Assembly: GCA_963702545.1 (NCBI GenBank)
Contig: CAVPDB010000001.1
Coordinates: 972 to 64,971, forward strand
Length of the DNA: 64,000 nucleotides
DNA from: an uncultured Acidobacteriota bacterium
GTDB taxonomy: Bacteria; Acidobacteriota; Polarisedimenticolia; J045
Direction: 5' to 3'
Within the stretch, counting starts at the first letter, position 1. The number at the start of each line of letters is the position of its first letter. A program made the translations under genes and the position numbers. The notes beneath the pieces are model-generated. The model searched no databases, was not told the origin of the DNA, and worked only from the letters and a program-made list of their open reading frames with translations. Below are positions 30,450 through 38,988 of this stretch, piece after piece.

Positions 30450-31808
30450 ATGCAGGGGGCGGTGCTGGCGGCGCTCGCGGGGCTGGGCGGGACCCTCCCG
30501 CCCGTCTCCTCGGCACCGGCGCCGCGCCAGGTCCAGCCGGCCGCACCGGCCGTGATCCTCACCTTCACCGGGGCGGTGCACGGCTTCCTCGACGTCTGCG
30601 GCTGCCCCACGTTCCCGCTCGGCGGGCTCGCGCGGCGCGCCGGACAGATGAGCACGTTCCAGAGACGGTGGCCCGGGGCCGCGGCCCTTTCCGTCGACGC
30701 CGGGGACTTCTCCGACTTTCCCGGCCCGGCCGGCGAGGTCAAGACCCGCGCGCTGGTCGAGGCGATGAACGGGCTCGGCTACCGCGCGGCGGGGATCGGC
30801 CCGCGCGACCTGGCGCTGGGTCCCGGGGTGCTGGCCGAACTCGGCGCGAAGGCCCGCTTCCCGTTCCTCTCGTCCAACCTCGTCCGTGCCGCGACGGGAA
30901 CGGCGTGGCTTCCGGCCAGCCACATCGTCGAGACCGGCGGCCTGCGCGTCGGGATCGTCGCCGCGCTACGCCACGATCCTCTGGCGAACTGGCCGCTGCC
31001 CGATGGGACGAGCCTGGTGACGGTCGATCCGATCCCGGCGGTGGCGCGCGCGGTCGCGGGGTTTGCGGGCCGGACGGACTTCGTCGTGCTGCTGGCCTCG
31101 ATGCCGCTCGAGGACGCCCGCCTCGTCGCCCGGCGCGTCCCCGGCATCGACATCGTGGTCGGCAGCCACGGCGGGACCGAGATGCTGGCCCCGGTGGCCG
31201 AGGGCACGGCGCGGATCCTCTACCTCGAGGACGAGGGGAAGTACCTCGGGCTCGCCTCGATCTTCCGCCCGACCGAGCCCGGGGCGCGGCCGACCCTCGA
31301 GATCGCCCGCTACGCGCTGGGCGATGAGGTGACCGCCGACGCCCGCTGGGAGGCCTACACCGTCGAGGCGATGGCGCGCTCCCAGCAGGCGGACGACGCG
31401 TCGCGCCTGCCGCCTCCTCCCCCCGCGGAATCGCGGTTCGCAGGGGTCGGGGCGTGCGCCGGATGCCACCTGTCGATCGTCGAGCAGTGGGCGAAGACGC
31501 CGCACGCCGCGGCCTGGAAGACGCTGGTGCGCGGCGACAAACGGGCTCAGGCGAGCTGCATCCCCTGCCACGTCACCGGGCACGGCGAGCCGGGCGGCTT
31601 CCTCGACGAGCGCGCCACGCCGCACCTGACCGGGGTGGGCTGCGAGGCCTGCCATGGCCCGGCGGCCGGCCACCTCGCCGATCCCGCGCGCCCCTACGGG
31701 AAGACCGGGCTGGCCTCGTGCACCTCGTGCCACACCGCCGAGATGGACCCGACGTTCAATTACTACCAGGACCGCCAGAGGGTGATGCACGGCGACGCGG
31801 CGCCCTGA
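30450..31808 (+). CDS. Secreted fusion: degenerate 5'-nucleotidase/metallophosphoesterase-like domain plus C-terminal tetrahaem c-type cytochrome
   Basis: Signal peptide. Four CxxCH motifs (CAGCH, CIPCH, CEACH, CTSCH) lie in the last ~120 aa. The N-terminal ~300 aa are collinear with the UshA-type fold, but the metal-ligand blocks are altered. Confidence 0.7.
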   Translation: MQGAVLAALAGLGGTLPPVSSAPAPRQVQPAAPAVILTFTGAVHGFLDVCGCPTFPLGGLARRAGQMSTFQRRWPGAAALSVDAGDFSDFPGPAGEVKTRALVEAMNGLGYRAAGIGPRDLALGPGVLAELGAKARFPFLSSNLVRAATGTAWLPASHIVETGGLRVGIVAALRHDPLANWPLPDGTSLVTVDPIPAVARAVAGFAGRTDFVVLLASMPLEDARLVARRVPGIDIVVGSHGGTEMLAPVAEGTARILYLEDEGKYLGLASIFRPTEPGARPTLEIARYALGDEVTADARWEAYTVEAMARSQQADDASRLPPPPPAESRFAGVGACAGCHLSIVEQWAKTPHAAAWKTLVRGDKRAQASCIPCHVTGHGEPGGFLDERATPHLTGVGCEACHGPAAGHLADPARPYGKTGLASCTSCHTAEMDPTFNYYQDRQRVMHGDAAP

Positions 31809-31809
31809 C

Positions 31810-31837
31810 AAAAAAAACCCGCCGGCGAACCGGCGGG
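31810..31837 (-). terminator. Rho-independent terminator for leftward transcription (hairpin CCCGCCGG-ttcg-CCGGCGGG followed by U8 on the minus strand)
   Basis: The plus strand reads aaaaaaaa-cccgccgg-cgaa-ccggcggg. It lies ~90 nt downstream of the stop of 31929-32288. Confidence 0.65.
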
Positions 31838-31928
31838 CTGGGTGCCATGGGAGGAGGTCGGTCAGTGGGGGGAGGGGGAGTGACTCCTCCCTGGGAGCCG
31901 GCGAACCGGCTCCCAGCACCGCACTTCG

Positions 31929-32288
31929 TCAGGTCAGGGAGAACTGGAACTGCGAGCGCAGGGAGCCGAGGCGCTCACGGAGCTTCATCTTGGCTTCCTT
32001 CTCGAGCTGGCGGACGCGCTCGCGCGAGAGGCCGAGGATCTTGCCGATCTCCTCGAGGGTCATCTCGTCGTTGCCCATCACGCCGAAGCGCTTCAGGAGG
32101 ATCAGCCGCTCCCGCTCCGGCAGCTCTTCGAGCGCCCGACGGGTCAGCTGGACCAGTTCCTTCTTGTAGACGTCCTCTTCAGGACGCACTGACCCGGGAT
32201 CTTCCATGAGCTGGGAGAGCCGGGTCTCACCCTCGTGATCCACGAAGTCATCGAGGGACTTTTCCTTCATCAGCCAGGGGATCCACAT
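31929..32288 (-). CDS. Stand-alone sigma-70 region 3.2/4 mini-protein (119 aa), no region 2
   Basis: SD gaggaag, ATG at 32288. ELPERERLILLKRFG...MTLEEIGKILGLSRERVRQLEKEAKMKLR is a canonical region-4 HTH. The next gene upstream is divergent mutL, which leaves no room for region 2. Confidence 0.75.
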   Translation of the reverse strand: MWIPWLMKEKSLDDFVDHEGETRLSQLMEDPGSVRPEEDVYKKELVQLTRRALEELPERERLILLKRFGVMGNDEMTLEEIGKILGLSRERVRQLEKEAKMKLRERLGSLRSQFQFSLT

Positions 32289-32472
32289 GATTGCTTCCTC
32301 GCTTGGACTCAAGGGAGAGCAAGGCGCGTGCCACGCGTAAATGCCTGAAAAGGGCCAGTTTTCCGTCTCCGGGCCGCGCCATATTGGCGTGTACCGCCTG
32401 ACTGGCGCAGGAGATGGGTCAATCGGGCCCCGTTTCCGGGCCCGCCGGCGGAACGGTGTACCCTTTGCCGCC

Positions 32473-34215
32473 ATGGGCCTGGTGCGAGTCCTCCCCCCCG
32501 ACGTTGCCGACCGGATCGCCGCGGGCGAGGTCGTCGAGCGCCCGGCCTCGGCCGTGCGCGAGCTGCTCGACAACGCGCTCGACGCCGGGTCGACGCGGGT
32601 CGAGATCGAGCTGGCCGGCGGGGGGCGCGACCTGGTCTCCGTCGCCGACGACGGGTGCGGGCTCGACCCCGACGACGCGCTGCTCGCCTTCGAGCGCCAC
32701 GCGACGAGCAAGATTCGCTCCGGGGAAGACCTCGAGTCGGTCCGCACCCTGGGCTTCCGGGGCGAAGCGCTGGCGGCGATCGCCGCGGTTTCCCGGGTCG
32801 AGTTGCTGACCTGCCCCGGCGCGGGAAGCGAGGGGACCCGGGTCCGGATCGACCGGGGCCGGGTGCTGGGGGTCGAGCGGGCCAGCCGGGCCCCCGGCAC
32901 GACGGTCCAGGTCTGGGACCTCTTTCTCGGCATCCCGGCGCGGAGGAAGTTCCTCAAGTCGCCGGAGACGGAACTCGACCACTGCCTGCGGGTCGTCACC
33001 CGAGCCGCGCTGGCGAGGCCCGAGGTCGGGTTCTGGGTGCGGCACGGGGGCAGGACCCTGGTCAGCGCGCCGTCGGCGGGGGAGCCGGCGGGCCGGGTCG
33101 CCGACCTGCTCGGGTCGCGGCTGGCGACGGGCCTGCTGCCGGTCGAGGGGGACGGGGGCCGGCTCGCTGTGAGCGGCTGGGCCGGCCGGTCGGACCTGCA
33201 CCGCCCGACCCGCGATGACATCCACCTTTTCGTGAACCGGCGGCCGGTCCGCGACCCGCTGCTGGTGCGAGCCGTACTCGACGCCTACCGGCCGGGCCTT
33301 CCCGGCGGCCGGTTCCCGGTCTCGGTGCTTTTCATCGAGCTTCCGCCCGAGGACGTCGACGTCAACGTCCATCCGGCGAAATCGGAGGTTCGGTTCTCGC
33401 GGCCGCAGGAGGTGCGCGCGCTGCTGTTCGGCGCGATCGGCCGGGCGCTGCGCGGACGCGCCGCCGTCCCGGTGCTCGCGCCGCCACCGGGCGGGCCGCC
33501 CGGCGGGGACCCGGCAGCGGGGCCCGGGGCCTTTCCCGGTGCGCCCCCACCGCCCCCTGCGGTGCGCGACGGGGCGCCGCCGCGCGGGCTCGACGGGGCC
33601 GCCGCGCCGCCGGGACGGCTTGCCTGGGGCGACGCCGACGGCCCCCCCGCGCGGCCGCTGGCCCAGTACGCCAACTGCTACATCGTGGCCTCCGACGAAC
33701 GCGGCCTGCTGGTGGTCGACCAGCACGTGGCCCACGAGCGGATGATCTACGAACGGCTGATCGCCGAGGCCGAAAGCGGCCCGATGGCGCGCCAGCTGCT
33801 GCTCTTCCCGCAGACGGTGGAACTCCCCCCGGGAGGGATCGAGACCCTCGAGCGCGAGCGCGGCTCCTTCGAGCGGATCGGGTTCCGCTTCGAGCCGTTC
33901 GGCGGGCGCACGGTGATGGTCCGCGAGGTGCCGGCCGTGCTCGGCCGCGAGGCCCGCCCGGCGGCGCTCGAGGACCTCGTGGCCCGCGCGACGGAAGGGG
34001 ACCGGTCGGGGGCGGAGGCGCTTTTCCCGCGGCTGCTGGCCACGGTCGCCTGCCACAGCGCCGTCCGGAAGGGGATGCCGCTCTCGCTCGAGCAGATGGG
34101 CTACATCCTGCGCGGCCTCGCGGCCTGCGAGGTGCCGGGGCACTGCCCGCACGGCCGGGTGATTTCCCTGCGGGTGGACCTCGGCGCGCTGGACCGCGGC
34201 TTCGACCGGGCCTGA
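32473..34215 (+). CDS. mutL: DNA mismatch repair protein MutL
   Basis: IAAGEVVERPASAVRELLDNALDAG, DDGCGL and FRGEALAAI. The C-terminal dimerisation domain includes ACHSAVRKG. Confidence 0.92.
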   Translation: MGLVRVLPPDVADRIAAGEVVERPASAVRELLDNALDAGSTRVEIELAGGGRDLVSVADDGCGLDPDDALLAFERHATSKIRSGEDLESVRTLGFRGEALAAIAAVSRVELLTCPGAGSEGTRVRIDRGRVLGVERASRAPGTTVQVWDLFLGIPARRKFLKSPETELDHCLRVVTRAALARPEVGFWVRHGGRTLVSAPSAGEPAGRVADLLGSRLATGLLPVEGDGGRLAVSGWAGRSDLHRPTRDDIHLFVNRRPVRDPLLVRAVLDAYRPGLPGGRFPVSVLFIELPPEDVDVNVHPAKSEVRFSRPQEVRALLFGAIGRALRGRAAVPVLAPPPGGPPGGDPAAGPGAFPGAPPPPPAVRDGAPPRGLDGAAAPPGRLAWGDADGPPARPLAQYANCYIVASDERGLLVVDQHVAHERMIYERLIAEAESGPMARQLLLFPQTVELPPGGIETLERERGSFERIGFRFEPFGGRTVMVREVPAVLGREARPAALEDLVARATEGDRSGAEALFPRLLATVACHSAVRKGMPLSLEQMGYILRGLAACEVPGHCPHGRVISLRVDLGALDRGFDRA

Positions 34216-34287
34216 CGCGACCGGGTCCGGCTGGTACCTTCTCCCCGGGGACCGCCGCCGGGGCGGACCCGCCGAGCGACCACGACC

Positions 34288-34971
34288 GTGCGCCCAGCCG
34301 CCCTCGCCACGAGCTTCGCGTTCGCCCTCGCCCTCGCGGCGGGAGGCGCCGGGCCCGCGCGCGCCGAGCGCCTGGTGTTCGACGACCTGAGGACGCTGGA
34401 GATCGAGGAGTTCGAGCTCGACGGCGACGAGCTGGTCGCGGTCCTGCCCGGCGGGACCCATCTGCGGATCGCGCTCGATGCCGTTCGCGAGATCCGGCCG
34501 TCGCTTCCGCCCCTTCCGACCGACACAGGTCCCCGGCGCACCAGCGGCGGGACCTGGCGCAAGGAGGCGGGGGATTACGCCCGGCACGTGCGGCGCTCGG
34601 CGCGCCGCTGGCGGCTCGACCCCGAGCTGATCGTCGCCGTCGCCTTCACCGAATCGCGCCTCAACCCCACCGCGGTCAGCCCCAAAGGGGCGCTCGGCGT
34701 GATGCAGCTGATGCCGTCGACCGCGCGGCTCATGGCGGTGAAGGACCCGTTCGACCCGCGGCAGAACATCGATGGCGGGGCCCGCTGGCTCCGGATGATG
34801 CTCGACCGCTTCAAGGGGGACGTCGACCTGGCGCTGGCGGCCTACAACGCCGGGCCCGAGACGGTGAAGCGCTACGGCGGCATCCCGCCCTACGCCGAGA
34901 CCCGGCGATACGTGAAGCTGGTCCGGGAGAAGATGGGCCGGATGAAGCCGGTCCCTCCCAGCGGGGCCTGA
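34288..34971 (+). CDS. Secreted lytic transglycosylase (SLT domain)
   Basis: Signal peptide, catalytic block AFTESRLNP, GALGVMQLMP and AAYNAGPETV. Confidence 0.85.
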   Translation: MRPAALATSFAFALALAAGGAGPARAERLVFDDLRTLEIEEFELDGDELVAVLPGGTHLRIALDAVREIRPSLPPLPTDTGPRRTSGGTWRKEAGDYARHVRRSARRWRLDPELIVAVAFTESRLNPTAVSPKGALGVMQLMPSTARLMAVKDPFDPRQNIDGGARWLRMMLDRFKGDVDLALAAYNAGPETVKRYGGIPPYAETRRYVKLVREKMGRMKPVPPSGA

Positions 34972-34984
34972 GCCCGGCCGCGGC

Positions 34985-35013
34985 TGGACACCCCCCTGGC
35001 CCCTTGCTATCAT
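34985..35013 (+). promoter_or_regulatory. Candidate promoter for the yceD-rpmF-plsX-fab operon (TGGACA-N17-TATCAT)
   Basis: tggaca at 34985-34990 and tatcat at 35008-35013, 24 nt upstream of the yceD ATG. Confidence 0.35.
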
Positions 35014-35036
35014 CCGCGCCGCCTCGAGGGGGCACG

Positions 35037-35609
35037 ATGCTCTTCGACATCAGCGATTTGGCCCCCGGCGGGGTCGCTATCGACGCGACCGTCCCGATCC
35101 CCCCGTTCCCCTGGGAAGGGGGGCAGGTGGTCGCGTGCGAACCGGCGCGCCTGTCGGGCCAACTGCGCCCGACGAGCCGCGGCGTGGAACTGCGCGGCCG
35201 GTACGGCACGAAGGCTCACCTCGTGTGCGACCGGTGCCTGACCGGGTTCGACCTGCCGCTCGAGGGCGAGTTCCGCCTCTTCCTCGTGGCCCAGGTCGGT
35301 GCGGAGGGAATGGACGAGTTCGAGCGCCGCGCGGAGGACGATCCCGACGCGGTCGACCTGTACCCCCTCGAAGGGGACGTGGTCGACCTGGCCGAGGTGC
35401 TGCGCGAACAGGTGGATCTTGCGCTGCCCTACCGCGCGATCTGCCGCGAGGAGTGCCCCGGGTTTTGCCCCGGGTGCGGAGCGGACCTGACGAAGAAGGA
35501 ACCATGCCGCTGCACGGGGCGGCCGACCGACGACCGGTGGACCGAGTTGGCCCGGCTCAAGGCCGTGCTGGAGCAGCGGAAGGGCGGAACGCCCACCGAA
35601 GGGAGATGA
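35037..35609 (+). CDS. yceD: YceD/DUF177 family protein
   Basis: Conserved position upstream of rpmF. Cys motifs are CDRCL and [13 protein letters not shown]. Confidence 0.8.
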   Translation: MLFDISDLAPGGVAIDATVPIPPFPWEGGQVVACEPARLSGQLRPTSRGVELRGRYGTKAHLVCDRCLTGFDLPLEGEFRLFLVAQVGAEGMDEFERRAEDDPDAVDLYPLEGDVVDLAEVLREQVDLALPYRAICREECPGFCPGCGADLTKKEPCRCTGRPTDDRWTELARLKAVLEQRKGGTPTEGR

Positions 35610-35613
35610 ACGC

Positions 35614-35799
35614 ATGCCGAATCCAAAGCGGCGCCACTCGAAGGCTCGCCGCGACAAGCGGCGCGCCCACGACGCCCTGGCCATCCCCGGGATGTCGCGC
35701 TGCCCGAACTGCCAGGAGCTGAAGCTGCCGCACCGCGTCTGTCCGTCGTGCGGCCACTACAAGGGCCGCGAGATCCTCGAGACCAACCAGGAGGTCTGA
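35614..35799 (+). CDS. rpmF: 50S ribosomal protein L32
   Basis: [19 protein letters not shown]...CPNC...CPSCGHYKG. Confidence 0.95.
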   Translation: MPNPKRRHSKARRDKRRAHDALAIPGMSRCPNCQELKLPHRVCPSCGHYKGREILETNQEV

Positions 35800-35877
35800 C
35801 CCCTTCCGCTGGACGCGTGACCCTCCGGCGAGGGTCCTCCGCGGCGCGGCCCCTCGGGGCGCGAACGCGGCACGGGG

Positions 35878-36915
35878 GTGCCCGACTTGACCGAGCTGAA
35901 AGCACTCGCTCTGGACGCGATGGGCGGCGACAGGGGCCCCACGGAAATCGTGAAGGGCGGGGTGGACTACGCCCGCGCCACGGGCGAAACGGTCTACCTG
36001 GTCGGCCCGCGCGAGCCCGTCGAGGCGGCGCTGCGCGCCTGCGGCGGGCAGGACGCGCCGGTCGAGGTCGTCCCGGCGGCGGACGTCATCGAGTTCACCG
36101 ACAAGATCAACGCGATCCGGGCCAAGCGCGACTCGTCGATCCACGTCGGAACCCGTCTGGTGCGCGACGGGCGGGCCCAGGGGTTCGTCTCCGCCGGCCA
36201 CACCGGGGCGGTGATGTTCGTCTCCAAGGTCATGTACGGCGTGCTCGAGGGGGTGGACCGGCCGGCCCTCCCGGCCCCGCTGCCGCGGATCGGCCCGGGC
36301 TACACGGTGCTGGTCGATGCCGGCGCCAACGTCGACTGCGAGACCGAGCACCTGCGGCAGTTCGCCGTGATGGGGATGCACTACTCGCGCCGCATCTTCG
36401 GCGTCGAGAACCCGCGGGTCGCGCTGCTCTCGATCGGCCAAGAGGACAGCAAGGGAAACGAGATGCTGCGCGCGGTGGCGCCGATCCTGCGGGCCGCCAA
36501 CGTGAATTTCGTCGGCAACGTCGAAGGAAACGACCTCCTGACCGACAAGGCCGACGTCGTGGTCTGCGACGGCTTCGTCGGGAACGTGGCGCTCAAGGTG
36601 GGCGAGGGGATCGCCGAGTCGATCATGCACATCATCCGCGAGGAGTCGGCCAAACACCTGACGCGCCGGATCGGCGCGGCGCTGATGCTCCCCGCCTTCC
36701 GCTCGCTCAAGAAGAAGATCGACTACGCCGAGACCGGCGGCGTTCCGCTGCTCGGGCTGAAGAACATCTCGGTCGTCTCGCACGGGCGCTCGAGCTCCAA
36801 GGCGATCACCAACGCGCTGCGCGTCGCCCGCGAGGCGCAGGTCGGGAACATGGTCGGCCACATGGAGATGGAGTTGCGGCTGCTGCACCAGGCCGAGCGC
36901 AGGCTGGCGCTCTGA
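35878..36915 (+). CDS. plsX: Phosphate acyltransferase PlsX
   Basis: ALDAMGGDRGP, GHTGAVM and VCDGFVGNVALK. Confidence 0.92.
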   Translation: MPDLTELKALALDAMGGDRGPTEIVKGGVDYARATGETVYLVGPREPVEAALRACGGQDAPVEVVPAADVIEFTDKINAIRAKRDSSIHVGTRLVRDGRAQGFVSAGHTGAVMFVSKVMYGVLEGVDRPALPAPLPRIGPGYTVLVDAGANVDCETEHLRQFAVMGMHYSRRIFGVENPRVALLSIGQEDSKGNEMLRAVAPILRAANVNFVGNVEGNDLLTDKADVVVCDGFVGNVALKVGEGIAESIMHIIREESAKHLTRRIGAALMLPAFRSLKKKIDYAETGGVPLLGLKNISVVSHGRSSSKAITNALRVAREAQVGNMVGHMEMELRLLHQAERRLAL

Positions 36916-36937
36916 TGGAGAGAGGGGAGGAAGGACG

Positions 36938-37906
36938 ATGAGCCGCGACGACGCGCGATGGGTCGCGCTGTTCCCCGGGCAGGGGAGCCAGGCCGTCGGG
37001 ATGGGGCGCGAGCTGGCGCAGACCTACCCGGAGGCCGCCGAGGCCTTTGCGATGGCCGACGACGTGCTGGGCGAGAACCTCAGCCGGCTCTGTTTCGAGG
37101 GCCCCGAGGACGCGCTGACCCTGACCCGGAACACCCAGCCCGCCCTGCTCACCGTCGCGGTCGCGGCGTGGCGCGTGCTCAAGGAGCGCGTGCCGCCGCC
37201 GGTCGCGGCCGCGGGCCACAGCCTGGGCGAGTACTCGGCGCTGGTGGCGGCGGGAGTGATCGCCTTCCCCGACGCGCTGCGCGCCGTGCGGCTGCGCGGC
37301 GACGCGATGCAGGAGGCGGTGCCGGTCGGCGAGGGGGCGATGGCGGCGATCATCGGCCTCGAGCCGGCGGCGGTGGAGAAGCTCTGCGGCGAGTCGCGCA
37401 CCTCGGGCGAGGTCCTGGTCCCGGCCAACTTCAACGCCCCCGACCAGACGGTCGTCTCGGGCCACAAGATCGCGGTCGACCGGCTGGTCGCGCTGGCCCC
37501 CAAGGCGGGGGCGCGCAAGGCGATGCTGCTGCCGGTCAGCGCCCCCTTCCACTCGCCGATGATGGAACCGGCGGCCGAGCGGATGGAGGAGTTCCTGGAA
37601 GGGGTGCGGTTCCGGGAGCCGGCCTTTCCCGTGATCGCCAACGCGATCGCGGGCCCGGTCCGGGACGGCGAGTCGGCGCGCCGCACGCTGATCGCACAGA
37701 TCGCCTCGCCGGTCCGCTGGGTCGAGACGATGAAGCTGATCGAGGACGAGTACGGCGCGACCTCCGGGGTGGAGTTCGGCACCGGGCGGGTGCTGGCGGG
37801 GCTGTCGCGGCGGATCAACGACAAGCTCCGGATCGTTCCGTTCGGCACGCCCGACGAGCTGGAGGCCGCCGTGGCGGCGGTTGCCGGCGCCGCGACGCAG
37901 CGGTGA
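36938..37906 (+). CDS. fabD: Malonyl-CoA:ACP transacylase
   Basis: FPGQGSQAVGMG, GHSLGEYSALVAAG and SAPFHSPMM. Confidence 0.92.
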   Translation: MSRDDARWVALFPGQGSQAVGMGRELAQTYPEAAEAFAMADDVLGENLSRLCFEGPEDALTLTRNTQPALLTVAVAAWRVLKERVPPPVAAAGHSLGEYSALVAAGVIAFPDALRAVRLRGDAMQEAVPVGEGAMAAIIGLEPAAVEKLCGESRTSGEVLVPANFNAPDQTVVSGHKIAVDRLVALAPKAGARKAMLLPVSAPFHSPMMEPAAERMEEFLEGVRFREPAFPVIANAIAGPVRDGESARRTLIAQIASPVRWVETMKLIEDEYGATSGVEFGTGRVLAGLSRRINDKLRIVPFGTPDELEAAVAAVAGAATQR

Positions 37907-37910
37907 CGCG

Positions 37911-38678
37911 ATGAGTGCGCTGCGGTGGCCGGGGCTCGACGGGCGGCGGATCCTGGTGACGGGAGGCTCGCGGGGGATCGGCCGGGCGATCGTGGACGAG
38001 CTGGCCGGGGCGGGCGCGGAGGTTTTTCTGACCGCCCGCACCCTCGAGTCAGCGGAGAAGGCGGCCGCCGAGGTCGCCGCCGCCGGCGGCCGGGCCCGCG
38101 GCGTGGCGCTCGACCTGTCGGACGCTGCGGCGGCCCAGGCCGCGCTGGACGCCCTGGTCAAGGAGACCCGGGAGGCCGGCGGGATGCACGGCGTGGTGCT
38201 CAACGCCGGGATGACCCGGGACACCCTCCTCATGCGGATGCCCCTGGCCGACTGGGAGGCCGTGATCCAGGCCAATCTGACCGGGGCGTTCCTGGTGACA
38301 AAGGCCTGGGTCCCCGGTATGATCCGCAACCGTTTCGGCCGCATCGTCGCTGTCAGCAGCGTGGTGGGCCGGATGGGCAATGCGGGACAGGTCAACTACG
38401 CGGCCTCCAAGGCCGGGTTGATCGGTTTCGTGCGCGCGCTGGCCCGCGAGCTGGCCTCGCGCAGCGTGACGGTGAACGCCGTCGCGCCGGGCTTCATCGA
38501 TACGGACATGACGCGTTCGCTCCCGGAGGAGGCGCGGAAGAAGCTGCTGGAGGCCGTTCCCCTCGGCCGGCTCGGGATGCCAGCCGACGTGGCGACCGGG
38601 GTCGCGTTCCTGCTCTCGGACGCGGCCTCGTACATCACCGGTGCCGTGCTCGACATCAACGGCGGCATGGACATGTGA
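37911..38678 (+). CDS. fabG: 3-oxoacyl-ACP reductase
   Basis: [26 protein letters not shown] and the SDR fold. ATG at 37911 within ORF 37881-38678. Confidence 0.9.
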   Translation: MSALRWPGLDGRRILVTGGSRGIGRAIVDELAGAGAEVFLTARTLESAEKAAAEVAAAGGRARGVALDLSDAAAAQAALDALVKETREAGGMHGVVLNAGMTRDTLLMRMPLADWEAVIQANLTGAFLVTKAWVPGMIRNRFGRIVAVSSVVGRMGNAGQVNYAASKAGLIGFVRALARELASRSVTVNAVAPGFIDTDMTRSLPEEARKKLLEAVPLGRLGMPADVATGVAFLLSDAASYITGAVLDINGGMDM

Positions 38679-38724
38679 CGCGGGACCCAGGATCGACGAC
38701 GAAGAAAAAGGGAGGATCTGCGCA

Positions 38725-38976
38725 ATGGCTTCGAAGGACGAAATCCGCGCGAAGGTGGTGGATCTGATCGCGAAGAGCTTCAAGCTCGACCCCGAGACGA
38801 TCTCCGACGACAAGTCGTTCACAGACGACCTCGGCGCCGACTCGCTCGAGACGGTCGAACTGGTCATGGCGCTCGAGGAGGAGTTCGGGATCGAGATCTC
38901 GGACGAGGACGCCGAGAAGATCCGCACGGTGGGCAACGCCGTGGAGTTCATCGCCCAGCACGCCGGACAGGCCTGA
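38725..38976 (+). CDS. acpP: Acyl carrier protein
   Basis: [21 protein letters not shown] (phosphopantetheine Ser). SD gggagga upstream. Confidence 0.95.
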   Translation: MASKDEIRAKVVDLIAKSFKLDPETISDDKSFTDDLGADSLETVELVMALEEEFGIEISDEDAEKIRTVGNAVEFIAQHAGQA

Positions 38977-38988
38977 GCGGAGCCGTTC

